A stretch of DNA of 63,651 bases, filler included, from Octopus bimaculoides (taxonomy: Eukaryota), in assembly GCF_001194135.2 (NCBI RefSeq). It is 5 parts of 4 records of this genome, joined end to end, with 100 filler letters (N's around TTAATTAATTAA, not from the genome) between each part and the next. Parts side by side here need not be neighbours in the genome. Positions count along the whole stretch, not along the records: positions 61,333 to 63,651 come from NW_026353122.1; 4 more parts are not named here. One strand, written 5' to 3'. Made by a program: the position numbers and the translations under genes. Shown piece by piece: positions 62,254-63,651 of this stretch. The notes under the pieces are model-generated. The model saw nothing but the letters and a program-made list of their open reading frames with translations. It was not told the DNA's origin and ran no database searches. Every line of letters starts with the position of its first letter. Positions within the stretch are counted from its first letter, which is position 1.

Positions 62254-63142
62254 TCTCTCACACGTATGCACGCACACACACACGCGCACACACACACCAC
62301 TGTAAATTTGCATTTATAAATGATGGTGTGCATCTATGTTTTGCTTCTGGCGTTACTGCTTTGTTACTGAGTTTACATAACGTCACGAATAAGTCACCAC
62401 GTACATATAATTACTACACCAGTTCTATATTGATTTCATATTGTCAGCAAGCTCAGACATGTATATGNNNNNNNNNNNNNNNNNNNNNNNNNNNNNNNNN
62501 NNNNNNNNNNNNNNNNNNNNNNNNNNNNNNNNNNNNNNNNNNNNNNNNNNNNNNNNNNNNNNNNNNNNNNNNNNNNNNNNNNNNNNNNNNNNNNNNNNNN
62601 NNNNNNNNNNNNNNNNNNNNNNNNNNNNNNNNNNNNNNNNNNNNNNNNNNNNNNNNNNNNNNNNNNNNNNNNNNNNNNNNNNNNNNNNNNNNNNNNNNNN
62701 NNNNNNNNNNNNNNNNNNNNNNNNNNNNNNNNNNNNNNNNNNNNNNNNNNNNNNNNNNNNNNNNNNNNNNNNNNNNNNNNNNNNNNNNNNNNNNNNNNNN
62801 NNNNNNNNNNNNNNNNNNNNNNNNNNNNNNNNNNNNNNNNNNNNNNNNNNNNNNNNNNNNNNNNNNNNNNNNNNNNNNNNNNNNNNNNNNNNNNNNNNNN
62901 NNNNNNNNNNNNNNNNNNNNNNNNNNNNNNNNNNNNNNNNNNNNNNNNNNNNNNNNNNNNNNNNNNNNNNNNNNNNNNNNNNNNNNNNNNNNNNNNNNNN
63001 NNNNNNNNNNNNNNNNNNNNNNNNNNNNNNNNNNNNNNNNNNNNNNNNNNNNNNNNNNNNNNNNNNNNNNNNNNNNNNNNNNNNNNNNNNNNNNNNNNNN
63101 NNNNNNNNNNNNNNNNNNNNNNNNNNNNNNNNNNNNNNNNNN

Positions 63143-63651
63143 TGACAAACACAGGGTGAACACGTGGTATAAAACCGACAAATATCAAGGAGCAAGTAGT
63201 GATGATTTTAGAGGCCACAACCCATGGAGAACTAGATTTAGGAAGTCTCTGAAGGAGACCAAACTCGACATTACGATTGTTGAAAAGCCAGGGAACTCCG
63301 TCAGATCACAACTATGTAGGACGTACCCTTTTGAGAATGCCATATGCACCAATGATAACTGCATGGTGTGTAGGATTAGCCCTGGCATTAACTGTAGAAC
63401 TAGAAATGTAATTTACAGCATAAGATGCATAGAAGGTGCTTGTAAAGACATGAACATGACATACATAGGGGACATATACGAGCATTGCGGAACGACTAAA
63501 TGAACATACTCTACCAACATGCCAAGGACCAACATGGAGGCAACCTGGGTCAATTTGACATCCGCATCTTATCCAAGCACCCAAAGGACTCAACTCTCAA
63601 GCAAATACAGGAGTACCTCCTCATAAATGAAACTTCCCCAATACTAAATGG
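63143..63651 (+). mobile_element. Penelope-like element C-terminus (Cys-rich linker and GIY-YIG), third lineage
   Basis: TWYK...IVEKPGNSVRSQLCRTYPF...CTNDNCMVC..GINCRTRNVIYSIRC..C..YIG, then a shifted frame LYQHAKDQHGG..FDIRIL..KQIQEYLLINETSPILN. Confidence 0.9.

Overview
AT-rich, gap-ridden eukaryotic genomic DNA with no prokaryotic features. The SINE families and microsatellite load look like a coleoid cephalopod, most likely Octopus (recognition from memory, not a database result). No recognisable host protein-coding gene is present, and almost every long ORF in the track is a microsatellite or N-run artefact. The window is a stack of mobile-element relics: (1) at least three tRNA-derived SINE families in more than 20 copies; (2) three R4/Dong-type non-LTR elements, plus single fragments of a second REL-endonuclease LINE, an L1/Tx1-like LINE and a CR1-group LINE; (3) four Penelope-like (GIY-YIG) elements from at least three lineages; (4) an internally deleted Helitron with both canonical termini; (5) maT-type (DD37D-like) and mariner transposons; (6) several MITE-like fold-backs. 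The most interesting signals are RNA-structural. There are five hammerhead-ribozyme-like motifs in four unrelated sequence contexts, one inside the terminal repeat of a Penelope-like element and one pair in inverted orientation. A CR1-group LINE 3' end also shares its tail, including a stem-loop with compensatory changes, with the CORE-type SINE. A few orphan ORFs and splice-bounded segments (best at 52681-53226, minus strand) could be host exons but are unproven. Four 44N-TTAATTAATTAA-44N linkers are assembly artefacts, so adjacency across them is not guaranteed.
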